In this document: positions 18,619 through 28,717 of the stretch, in pieces | How the letters are laid out: every line of letters starts with the position of its first letter | Position numbering within the stretch: position 1 is the stretch's first letter | Assembly: GCA_012862495.1 (NCBI GenBank) | Contig: BLSG01000149.1 | Coordinates: 1 to 34,161 of the forward strand | Length of the DNA: 34,161 bases | Reading direction: 5' to 3' | DNA from: Thraustochytrium aureum | Lineage: Eukaryota | The notes under the pieces: generated by a model | Seen by the model: only the letters and a program-made list of their open reading frames with translations | Databases searched by the model: none | What the model was told of the DNA's origin: nothing | Position numbers and translations under genes: made by a program

Positions 18619-21600
18619 ATGACGCACGTGACCCAGGGATGGTCGTTCTCGCTCGGCGCCGCTGGCGTCCTGGCCCTGGGCGTGTGGGCCTGGGCGCACG
18701 GAGACGCGCACGGAGGCGCGATGGGTCTGCTCGATGCGCGGGCGCTGACGGAGGAGCAGGGGAACAAGACGGAGCTGGAGGAGATTGAGCCCTCGCACGC
18801 CGTGCTGTTTCCGGCGTTCGCCGAGCTCCTTGGCGTGGCCACGTTCTTCCTGATCTCGAGGGTGTTTGACGTGCTGCCATACACGGCGGTGCTTTTCATC
18901 TTCGGGACGCTCATTGGTGTGTCGATTGGGCTGAACAACGGACCGCTGAGCGTGTTTGCGGAGTCCGTGATCCTGTGGGCCAACATCGACAGCGAGGTGC
19001 TGCTTTTGGTCTTCTTGCCGGGCCTCCTGTTCGGCGACGCCTTGCAGGTCAACTTTCACCTCTTTGAGAAGGGGTTTTGGCAGATCATGCTGCTCGCCTT
19101 CCCCGCCGTGCTCCTTGGCACCTTCCTGACGGCCTGCGTCGCGTTTTACATCTTGCCCTACGGCTGGAGCTTTAGCGCGTCGATGACGTTTGGGGCAATC
19201 CTGAGCGCCACAGACCCCGTGGCGGTCATGGCGCTGCTGAAAGAGGTTGGCGCGCCGCCGCGGCTCAACATGCTGGTGAGTGGCGAGAGTATGTTCAACG
19301 ACGGGTCGGCGATCGTGTTCTTCACCATCTTTTCCCAGCTGGCCGCGGTCGAGTTTGGGCTGCATGGGGAACCCTTCACCGTTGCGAGCGGCTTTGCCAA
19401 GTTTTTCCAAATGTCGCTTGGAGGAGCTGCGATTGGGCTCGTGGCGGGCGCCATCTTGGTCTTGCTGCTGTGGCTATTCAACAGGAGTTTGAGCAAGGAG
19501 GACAGCATCATGCAAGTTGCTTCAACGATCACGATCGCGTACCTGACGTACTTTGTCGCAGAGGTGATCTGCGGAACGAGCGGGGTGATCGCGGTGGTTG
19601 TGTGCGGGATATTCACCAACGTGTTTGGGCTCACTTCTATCCACAACAGGGCGACGCTCAGCCACGTCTGGGACATGCTTGAGCACCTCCTCAATACCCT
19701 CTTGTTTGTGCTGGCAGGGACGATTTGGGGCAACGTCCTCGCTGACAGGAGCGCGACCAATGGGTACTTTACCGGCAAAGATTGGGGCTACTTGCTCCTC
19801 CTGTTCCTTTTCCTCCTTGTAATTCGCTTCGTGCTGCTGCTTTTGGCCTATCCGATCATCACCCGCATCGGCCTTCGGACGAACTGGCGCGAGGTCACCT
19901 TTATGTGGTGGGGCGGGCTCCGCGGCGCCGTCGGACTGGCGCTCGCGATTGCGCTGGACAACAACGTGTTCTCGCAGACCACCGCCGAAAATGACCTGGC
20001 GCGTCGCCAGAGCACCGTGCTGTTCATCAACGTTGGCGGGATCGCCTTTCTGACGCTCCTCATCAATGGCACTTCGTCGGCCCAACTGATCAAGCGGTTG
20101 GGGCTCACTGACAGTTCCGCAGCGCGCATGGAGATTGTGCGCTGCATAACCGAGAAGATTCGNNNNNNNNNNNNNNNNNNNNNNNNNNNNNNNNNNNNNN
20201 NNNNNNNNNNNNNNNNNNNNNNNNNNNNNNNNNNNNNNNNNNNNNNNNNNNNNNNNNNNNNNNNNNNNNNNNNNNNNNNNNNNNNNNNNNNNNNNNNNNN
20301 NNNNNNNNNNNNNNNNNNNNNNNNNNNNNNNNNNNNNNNNNNNNNNNNNNNNNNNNNNNNNNNNNNNNNNNNNNNNNNNNNNNNNNNNNNNNNNNNNNNN
20401 NNTCTGACCTGAGACTGGCGCTGAAGCGCCACAAAGAAGGGACGGCTCCGGTCGACTACAGCGAGCCGTACATTGCGAGCCTACTTGCGGCGTTGCCAGA
20501 CGGCGACACGGTCATGAGTGGCCTCAAACACGACTTGGCGCAAGTCCAGCCCGGCTCGCAGATTATTAGAGGCGACACAGAGGAAGGAAGTGACCCGTCA
20601 AGCTCGGCTGTGGCGCGCGCAATGGCAAACTTCGCGACCTCTGCGGCCTCGCATGCTGGCCCCAGCTCTGCCGAATTCGCCTCATCAAACGACAACATCG
20701 AGTACGCCATCGAACACGCGTACTCGATGCTCGAGAATAGGGCTTCCGCCAAGGCAGGCCGCGCCAATGGCACGTCTGCAGCAATCGCGGGACTAGAGAA
20801 CCGCGCTGTGGCGGGCGACGGGACCACAATGATTGACAAAACCAAAGGAAGCGCCAGCGACGACCTGGAGCAAGACGAAGAACTCGGCGAACTTGGCATA
20901 CGCGACGGCCCGAGCGCCGACGGCGCAAATGACGAGGCCTACGCTGTGCCGAGTATGCCGCAGGGCTCGACGTTGAAAATGATGCACAACCGCTACAACA
21001 GCAGCAGCAGAGGAGGGCGCCAGAAGACGCACGTGCTTGCCCGTGACACTAGCCAGCGCCTCACCTCCAAGGCGGAGCTCCCCGACCAGACGCGCGACAA
21101 GCTGGAGAGCGTAATGCGTTCCAACCGGCGGCTCCGTGCCGCGTCCCGCAAGCGGGGATTGGTGACGGTGGCTCAAGCTGCAGTGCTCCAACGGGCCGTC
21201 GAGTTGCGCGAGATTTTTCTGGAGCTCCTCCGGCACGCGTACTGGGAGCTGATTTCGCGCGCTGAGCTTGGCGAGAACCAGCTCGTCGAGTACCTCCTGT
21301 TGCAGTCGCTTGAGATCTCGATGGACGAGGTGCAAGAAGGCGGCCCTCTGGACGATTGGGCCGCTAGCAAGGTTGTCGCGGCCGACGGCGGGTGGTCCAC
21401 GTGGCTGTCGTCCCTCTTCTCCAGGTGGATCCGCGGCCAGTTCGACTTGTCCAAGGAGTCCACCCACCACTACCGCATCTCCCTGCGAGTACTCAAGGCG
21501 ATCAACTTCATCGAGGCGCACAAGATCGCCGAGCACGCGTTCCAGGTGCAGTTTGCAGAGCAGATCCACAATCTATCCAGTGCAGAGGCGCTCGTGATGC

Positions 21601-22040
21601 GAGAGAGCCGCGACGGAATTGCAAAGGCTACTGCTGTGCTCGACACAGTGCCGGAGAAGCAGGTCCAGCTCATCAAGTCGCACGTCCTCTGTAGCGTCTT
21701 GCTCTCAAAGCAAGGCGACGCAATTGCGGGGCTGGCAGGCAAGGGCTTGCTGAAAGCGCGCGAAGCAGAAACGCTGCTTGAGGTGGTCCGCAAGGATTTG
21801 ATGAGTGTCGGGAGCTGCGCGCCTAGCCGTCACAAGGACGATATTCCAGGGATGGCCGAGGCGCTCGCGGCGGAGTTTGAGAGTTCCCGCGGGTCAAAGG
21901 GCACTTCGAACGAGGTCGAGGCCGAGGCCGCCGCCAGTGCCGCGGGCGGGGGTGACGGCGGCGGTTTGGACGTCGAAGGTGGGCCTGCTGGGGCTGATCA
22001 GCCCGCCGATCGCGCGGACTCCGCCAGCGGCGCAAAGTAA
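18619..22040 (+). CDS. CPA1 Na+/H+ antiporter, SOS1/NhaP-like; N-gap 20163-20402 with frame change
   Basis: LPYTAVLF, LLVFLPGLLFGDA, LLAFPAVLLGT, FGAILSATDPVAV, GESMFNDGSAIV, SGVIAVV, WGGLRGAVGLALA, LLINGT. The frame after the gap is open from 20403 and leads into ORF 20493..22040 with an SOS1-like helical region (ELREIFLELLRHAYWE, INFIEAHKIA). Confidence 0.9.
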
Positions 22041-22379
22041 ACGAGCTGGTACCCGGTAGAGTAGGGTCTACAGAGAGTACCTATGCGGTATCAATCAAAA
22101 AGGTGGTTGCTTTTGTTGGTGTTTGTCAGGATGTCAGGCCAACTCTTGGCGGCGCTTGCGTTGCTACAGATGTAGTAGAGTACCCGCAAAAGTGTCTGCG
22201 AGGGTACCAGGGTGAGCAGTCGGAGTCGGCGACTGTTTCGGCGCAATAGCTATTCTATCTTTACGAACGACGGGAGAGGAACAAGGCGAGTGCTGTGTTT
22301 GTGCACCGAGCGCCGAGGCGCTGTGCTGCTCAATTGAGCACGACCTGTGCAGCACGGGGATGTGGCGGCGTTTTGCTGC

Positions 22380-23636
22380 TCAACCGAGCACGATCTGCGC
22401 AGCGTACCTTTGCATCAAGGTGGCGTCAGACTTGGAGACACCCTTTCCCCGGTACTTGAGGCCAACAGGGGACTCGCCGTGAGTGCGAGCAAACATGACG
22501 CACGCCGCCAAGTAGGTACCAATCGCCTTAGGGTGGCGGCCATCTGCATCATAGAGCTTGTTCTCGAGCTTGGGGAAGGCGAGGCGCCAGGCCTCGCCAA
22601 CTGGCGCGATGACGATCTCGGCGTCGCCTTCGGCCCGGACCTCGGCGAGAGCCTTGGCGGTCAGGTCGTACCCCCGCGTGAGCCGAGTCTGCATGTACGC
22701 GTACGATTCGTCGGCCGAGTTGGAGGGAATGTCGTTGAGGAACGAGGGGTTGCCATACGAGTAGCCCCAAGTCTGGTACAGAGTGACAGTTCGCGCGTGG
22801 CTCTTGGCTTTCTCGTACAGTGCTTTTGCGAACGGCACAGACTTTTGGTACGAGTACCAGTTGGCGTATGACAGCTGTGCGCTCTGCTCCTGGAGCACCA
22901 CGGTCTCCCAGTCCTTGGCCTTGATCGCACTTTCCGTGTACAAGCTCTTCGAGTGCGAGTTGAACGACATTGAGCCTGCCGCCACCATGTACGCCATCGC
23001 GTTGTGGCCGGCTTCGCGAGCCAGGCTCTGGAACATGCTGGGCAGGCTGTTCCGGATAGTAAAACTATTGCCAATAAAGAGCACGCGGGTGGCCGCAACG
23101 GCGGTGTGCACGCACTTTTTGGACTTCCACTCGCAGTTGTCGTAAACTTGGCAGTCATCCTGGTTTCTCATCGTGTTGCAGCCGCTGTCAGGAACATCTC
23201 CCATTTCAATCGGGGACATGGTCGGCCGCGGTGTGCTCTTTCCGCGCTTGCGCCTGCGCTTGAGTTGGCGCCCGTTATTGCCCTCTTCTTCGGCGGCCAT
23301 GTCATCGTCCTCATCTGCACGGGCGTCTTCAAAGCCGCGCAACAGGACGCGCCGGGCCTCGTCGTCGTGGTCCACTTCGCCTTCTTCGTCCCAAGGCACT
23401 GCAAAGTCACCGAGGTTAATCTGCTCATCCTCGAGAAGACGGGCGGCCTGGTTGGGCCGGGTGTTGTCGTGGCCGAATGCGGCAACGAAGACGACGCCAC
23501 AGGCGACAAGGAGCGTGGTCGCGACGCCTACGCGACGTGCGGCCTTGCGCCAATTCTGGCCGTTGCTGGGAGGGGCTGCCTCGAGATCCTTGGCGAGCTG
23601 AGCGTCCACGACGCCGGTCTCGGGAAGGCTCGACAT
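22380..23636 (-). CDS. Type II membrane SGNH/GDSL-family hydrolase (esterase or acyltransferase-like); start uncertain next to N-gap
   Basis: TM VGVATTLLVACGVVFVAAF, acidic stalk, small 4-Cys module, then RVLFIGNSFT (nucleophile block), WETVVLQEQS, LYQTW, IAPVGEAW and LYDADGRHP..GTYLAAC (DxxH). Confidence 0.85.
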   Translation of the reverse strand: MSSLPETGVVDAQLAKDLEAAPPSNGQNWRKAARRVGVATTLLVACGVVFVAAFGHDNTRPNQAARLLEDEQINLGDFAVPWDEEGEVDHDDEARRVLLRGFEDARADEDDDMAAEEEGNNGRQLKRRRKRGKSTPRPTMSPIEMGDVPDSGCNTMRNQDDCQVYDNCEWKSKKCVHTAVAATRVLFIGNSFTIRNSLPSMFQSLAREAGHNAMAYMVAAGSMSFNSHSKSLYTESAIKAKDWETVVLQEQSAQLSYANWYSYQKSVPFAKALYEKAKSHARTVTLYQTWGYSYGNPSFLNDIPSNSADESYAYMQTRLTRGYDLTAKALAEVRAEGDAEIVIAPVGEAWRLAFPKLENKLYDADGRHPKAIGTYLAACVMFARTHGESPVGLKYRGKGVSKSDATLMQRYAAQIVLG

Positions 23637-24888
23637 GTTGCGCAAGGTCAGGCTTCTNNNNNNNNNNNNNNNNNNNNNNNNNNNNNNNNNNNNNNNNNNN
23701 NNNNNNNNNNNNNNNNNNNNNNNNNNNNNNNNNNNNNNNNNNNNNNNNNNNNNNNNNNNNNNNNNNNNNNNNNNNNNNNNNNNNNNNNNNNNNNNNNNNN
23801 NNNNNNNNNNNNNNNNNNNNNNNNNNNNNNNNNNNNNNNNNNNNNNNNNNNNNNNNNNNNNNNNNNNNNNNNNNNNNNNNNNNNNNNNNNNNNNNNNNNN
23901 NNNNNNNNNNNNNNNNNNNNNNNNNNNNTGCTTGCGTTCGGCAACCAGCGAAGGCGGAAACCTGCGTGTTCCTTGCGGCCCTTTATCTATCTAGCTAGTA
24001 GACAGAATAGAATAGAGCGCTTGCCTCGTCCACTGTATCCGGTCCGCCGACAGCGATTCGCTCCGCGGCCATGAATGTGTCTGGCCGAAAACAGCGCAGA
24101 CGCCTGCTATCAACCTACCTGTTTGAGTGACTCTGATGTGGTGGGGCGAGGCTTCGGAATGATTGACCAAACCTGTCTAACCAACCAAGCCGGGCTGCTT
24201 CGCTGAGCCAGGTCCCTTTGAGACCGTAATCGGTGGCGCCCCGTCTCAGGCCCTCCCGACTTGTCGTTTTTGCCTGCCTAGGTTCCTTCATTGCCCGGTT
24301 TCGCGCTGTTTTCGCGCGGGAAACGGAAGGCCGCGCCACGCGTTTCGCGCCGTGTGTCTATTCGAATCGCCCTCTCATCATAAGCCGCAAGAGCGCACAG
24401 GGAGCCAGCCAGCCGCGGTTGGGACGGATGGTGGTGGACCCGTCACGCCCCTCCGTAGTTCTGGCAGGCAGGTGGACGAACGAGGTGGGCTTGCCCAGCC
24501 GACACAACCATCGGATGCATCAATCGTGGCGCCTATCGGCAAGTCTTTCTTTCGCGCACGATGCGGCCGTCAACCCCCCATCGCGCCACCAGCAAGAGAG
24601 CGAGCAAGCGCAAGCATGCCGCGCGGGCGGCGTGGAAGCAGTCGGTCAATTCTTCCGCGCTGATGAATGACGGACGACTTCGGACCAAAACCAGCCAACC
24701 GGGCGAGTCAATCATTGCGATCCCAGAAGAGTCCTGCGAGCTCGCTGGCATTGTGCAGCAACCAGCTCTCTCGCTGCCTGGCTGGCGCCATCGAGTGCCT
24801 CGCTCGCGCTCGCGCCACGCGTGGCCCACATCGGTCCTTGACACGTGTGGTGGTGTGCACCCCGCGCTGAGTTGCGGATTGACCACCT

Positions 24889-25148
24889 TGTTCTTATCAT
24901 TCGTTTGTTCATTTGTTCATTTGTTCATTTGTTCATTTGTTCATTTGTTCATTCGTTCATTCGTTCATTCGTTCATTTGTTCAATTGTTCTAGGTACTTC
25001 ATTTGTTCTTTCGCTCTTTCATTGATTTGTTCGTTCTTTCGTTCTTTTGTTCAATTGTTCATTCGTTCATTGATTTGTTGTTCTTTCGTTCATTTTGCAT
25101 TTTGAATTTTGATTTGTTCTTTCGTTCGTTTGTTCGTTCGTCATTTGC
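24889..25148. repeat. T-rich compound microsatellite (TTGTTCAT/TTCGTTCA)n
   Basis: Repeated ttgttcat and ttcgttca units; composition departs sharply from the GC-rich surroundings; lies downstream of the TPR gene stop. Confidence 0.9.
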
Positions 25149-25260
25149 ACGTTACGATCTCGCGCTTGGCACCGATCGATCGAGACATTCTGTTTCTTGT
25201 GTTGTTTATTTGCTTGCGGCTGCACCCGGTGCGGCTTGCGGCGCCGCGGGCTTGCTAGGC

Positions 25261-27526
25261 TCAATCAGCCGCATCAAACGCCGCCAAGTTCTTGGCGACC
25301 TCGACGATGTCAGCGCGCACGCGCGCCGTCAACGCGCTGTCCTCGCCGAAGAGGGTCACGTAGAGCGGAAGCGCCTCGTCGAGCAGGGTCTTGGACCGCG
25401 CGTACGACTCGGGCGTGGCGATCTGGGCGTTGGAAATCGAGGTCCAGTGCAGGTTTCGAGCAAACTCTTTGCTGGTCGGCCCGAAAATGCGCATNNNNNN
25501 NNNNNNNNNNNNNNNNNNNNNNNNNNNNNNNNNNNNNNNNNNNNNNNNNNNNNNNNNNNNNNNNNNNNNNNNNNNNNNNNNNNNNNNNNNNNNNNNNNNN
25601 NNNNNNNNNNNNNNNNNNNNNNNNNNNNNNNNNNNNNNNNNNNNNNNNNNNNNNNNNNNNNNNNNNNNNNNNNNNNNNNNNNNNNNNNNNNNNNNNNNNN
25701 NNNNNNNNNNNNNNNNNNNNNNNNNNNNNNNNNNNNNNAAGCACTCGAGAGCGCCGGCACCATCACGCACCGCCAGCTTGGCGCCACCAAGCGACTGCAG
25801 GCCCAGGGCATAGTCCGGGTGCCTTGGAGCCATGCTCGGCCTCGAGCGCCTCGACGCACTCTTGAAAGATGCTGACTGCCTCCTCGTTGCGCTTGAGGAT
25901 TTGCAGCGTGTTGGCCGTCGAGTAGAGGTGAGGGATAAGCTCCTTGCGCGTGCCACAATCCCGCAGGATCTCGAGCGCCTGCAGCCGCAGTTCGATCGCC
26001 GCCTCGTATTCGTCGGCGTCTTGCTTGACGTCCGCAAGGTCGTCCATGAACTTTGCCTCGAGGACGCTCCGCGGACCGAGGTGCTCGCGGACAAGCTCGA
26101 GCGCGGCGGCGGCGCGCTTCTCCACCTCGTCGTTGCGGTTGAGCTTGCTAAGAAGCACGCAAATGTTTCGCTCCGACTCGAGCCGCTCCTCGATCTTGTC
26201 CTCCCCGTTCGCCTCGTCGCGCTCCCTGCGGATCGCGGCGGCCTCCTCCTGCAGTTCGAGGGCCTCCTCGACTTTGCCCACTGACTCGAGCAGGCGCGAC
26301 GTCGAGGTGAGCGTGTTCAAAAAGTAGCCGTAGCGGTGGAGCGTGCGCAGCTCTGGGATGGGCGTATTGAGCCCGATGCGACGCTGCTTGGGGATCAGTT
26401 CCATGATGAGGTTCACGAGGCCCTCTTGGATCTGCCTCACCACAAGACGGTCCAGCGCTGGGAACCCGCCCTTGATCTTGGCGACGGCCGCGTGGATCAT
26501 CTCAAGGTCGCTCGGGTCGTGGCACTGCGCGCTCTGCATGTCGACATTGCTCAGGAGCGCCGTCAAGCTTTCAAAATCGCTGCGCAGCCTCTGAAGAGCC
26601 TCCATCCGCACCGAATCAGAGAGCGCCACCTCGAGCGTTTTGCCGCGCTCGGACGCGCCATACACCTCCCAGACGCACCATGCGCGCCCCAGCGGAGCGG
26701 GATTGTCGAGGTTGTCGAGAAAGATGATGCGCCGCTCAAACCGCGCCAGGGCCTCGTGGAGGCCCGTGGTCAGCACGTCGTACCGCTCGCGCATCACGCT
26801 TGCCGGAGCGGCGTCGCCGGCACACAGCAGCGGCTGGTTGGCCGAAAAGACGTCCAGCCAGACAAAAGAGGGGCCGTCGGCCTCGTTGGGGTGCGCCAGC
26901 TCAATTGCGCTCACCAGCTCAGTGAACCTCGCCTTTCGCGCTTGCGACACAAACGTGCCCTTGAAGGGCGCGCCCACGTGCTCGGGGTCGACCTCGTCCA
27001 GGTAAAAGCTTCGCTTTGCGAGCGTCGCCGGCAGGACTACGTGCGTGCAGACGTTCTCGGTGGTCCACTCGTCCCTAGGGATCACCGTCACGACCTGAGC
27101 GGGCACACGAACAACCTTGCCGGTGTACTCGAGTTTGCATTCGAGCTCCTCGCCGCCCTCGAGCTCCTTGACCAGCTCGAGTGTAATGCCGTCGGGAACA
27201 CCGTGCCCGCGTAGTGCGCCCTCGGGGGCGTCCGGCGCGGCGCGAAGGAGTTGGACGCCCGGCGCCGCAACTTGGTCAAGGACGTCCTGGGCGAGCTTTT
27301 TCACGGCCGCAACCGAGATCCCGCGGTACCGCACGACATTGTTGCTCAGGACGTCGTCCCCGTTTGCTTCCTGGTCGTGCCCAAGCGCAACGGTCACGTC
27401 CGCATCAGCCGCGTCCGTATCATCCGCCGCGCTCGGCAGGCTTTGCGCGGGGGTCTTTGCGGCTTGCTCGCGAGGCTCGCTGGCGCCTTTCGCGCGTGAT
27501 GAGCGCGACCTAAGCCACCTCCACAT
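25261..27526 (-). CDS. HET/TIR-like domain plus TPR (kinesin-light-chain-like) repeat protein; +1 frameshift at about 25822 and N-gap 25495-25738
   Basis: WTTENVCTHVVLPAT, FVSQARKARFTELV, FVWLDVFSANQ, LDNPAPLGRAWCVWEVY, VDMQSAQCHDPSDLEMIHAAV, then TPRs (EEALELQEEAAAIRR, LGPRS, YEAAIELRLQALEI). EAEHGSK continues as HPDYALGLQSLG only after skipping one base, joining ORF 25261..26094. ATG 27526 is tentative. Confidence 0.8.
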
Positions 27527-28717
27527 CGCAGCCAGCCAGCCCACCAGCAGCGCTTCGCGCGTGGCTGGGTGGCGTAGGGCAGCGTCGTGTTTTGCCCTGG
27601 CAACTCGCGAAGCCGCTCTCGCCTTCGACGCCGCCGTGTCAACACTTGGTTGTCGCGCAAGCCCCCGCCGCACGCTGCAGCGCCGCGTCTACCTCGCGTT
27701 GCGCGACTGCCTCGGCGGCCGCTGCACCAAGTGCAAGAGCAGCTGGACGTCGCGTTTCGCGCACGCTCCAAGCGCAACGCGGCCCGAAACGGGAGCGAGC
27801 TGGCTCGTTGCTGAGCAGCAGTGTGTTCCNNNNNNNNNNNNNNNNNNNNNNNNNNNNNNNNNNNNNNNNNNNNNNNNNNNNNNNNNNNNNNNNNNNNNNN
27901 NNNNNNNNNNNNNNNNNNNNNNNNNNNNNNNNNNNNNNNNNNNNNNNNNNNNNNNNNNNNNNNNNNNNNNNNNNGCGTCAGTGAGTACGTACACTCGCCC
28001 GGCCACCGACGGCCGATGGCGAACACGACGAGGTGGCCGAGCTGCGAGCGCAACCCCTTGCGCACGTTCCAAGCGCTGCAACAGCTCCTGGTCTTGGAAG
28101 TGGTGAGTGAGTAGAGTGAGTACATCCATGATCATGATGATCCCTCACGCGTCCAGCTCCACGACAAGGGGCGAAACGAATCGCCACGCAATGGGAGCAG
28201 CGTGTACCGTGCGTTGGTGAGTAGCCCGGCGCACAGATTGGTGAATGAATGGTCAAGTTCGTCGAGTTGGTGCCGCTTGCACTTCGTATTCTTGCCCGTT
28301 CACGCCGCGCGTGGCCAGTGCAAACCCAGCGCAAACCCAGCCCATGGCATCGTGCCCTTGCCTGCAGAGTAGAGTAGAGTGCCGGCATGTACCTGCCGGT
28401 AGGTGATGAGCGCATGTTGCCAATGGCCGATGCGGCGGCACCTCGCCATCGTCAAAACAACTCCTCGTCGCAAGAGCCCGTGCACACAGAGCCCCTCAAA
28501 GAGGGAAACCCGGCCACGAGCACACACCCTCGAGGTCCTTAATTCGCCGTTCGTGAAGCACCTTAGTCAAAAATCGGCGCATCGGACAGGCGGGTAACAG
28601 TAGGGGCGTTCGTTACGTGGTCCTCGCCGATCGACCGAGTGCGCGATCAGCGACCGCGGTGCTCGGGGCTGCGTGCTGGCAGAGCCGCCTGCGCGCCGGT
28701 GGCGGCCCGGCAGATCG

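Noticed and set aside
18395..19410. N-terminal part of the 714-aa minus-strand ORF 17266..19410
   Set aside because: It is the antisense shadow of the Na+/H+ antiporter joined through Ns. Only the part below about 18100 looks genuine.
23929..25260. ORFs across the 24-25 kb intergenic region, including Phe/Ser/Ile-rich hydrophobic ones
   Set aside because: The hydrophobic stretches are translations of the TTGTTCAT microsatellite, and the rest show no domain evidence.
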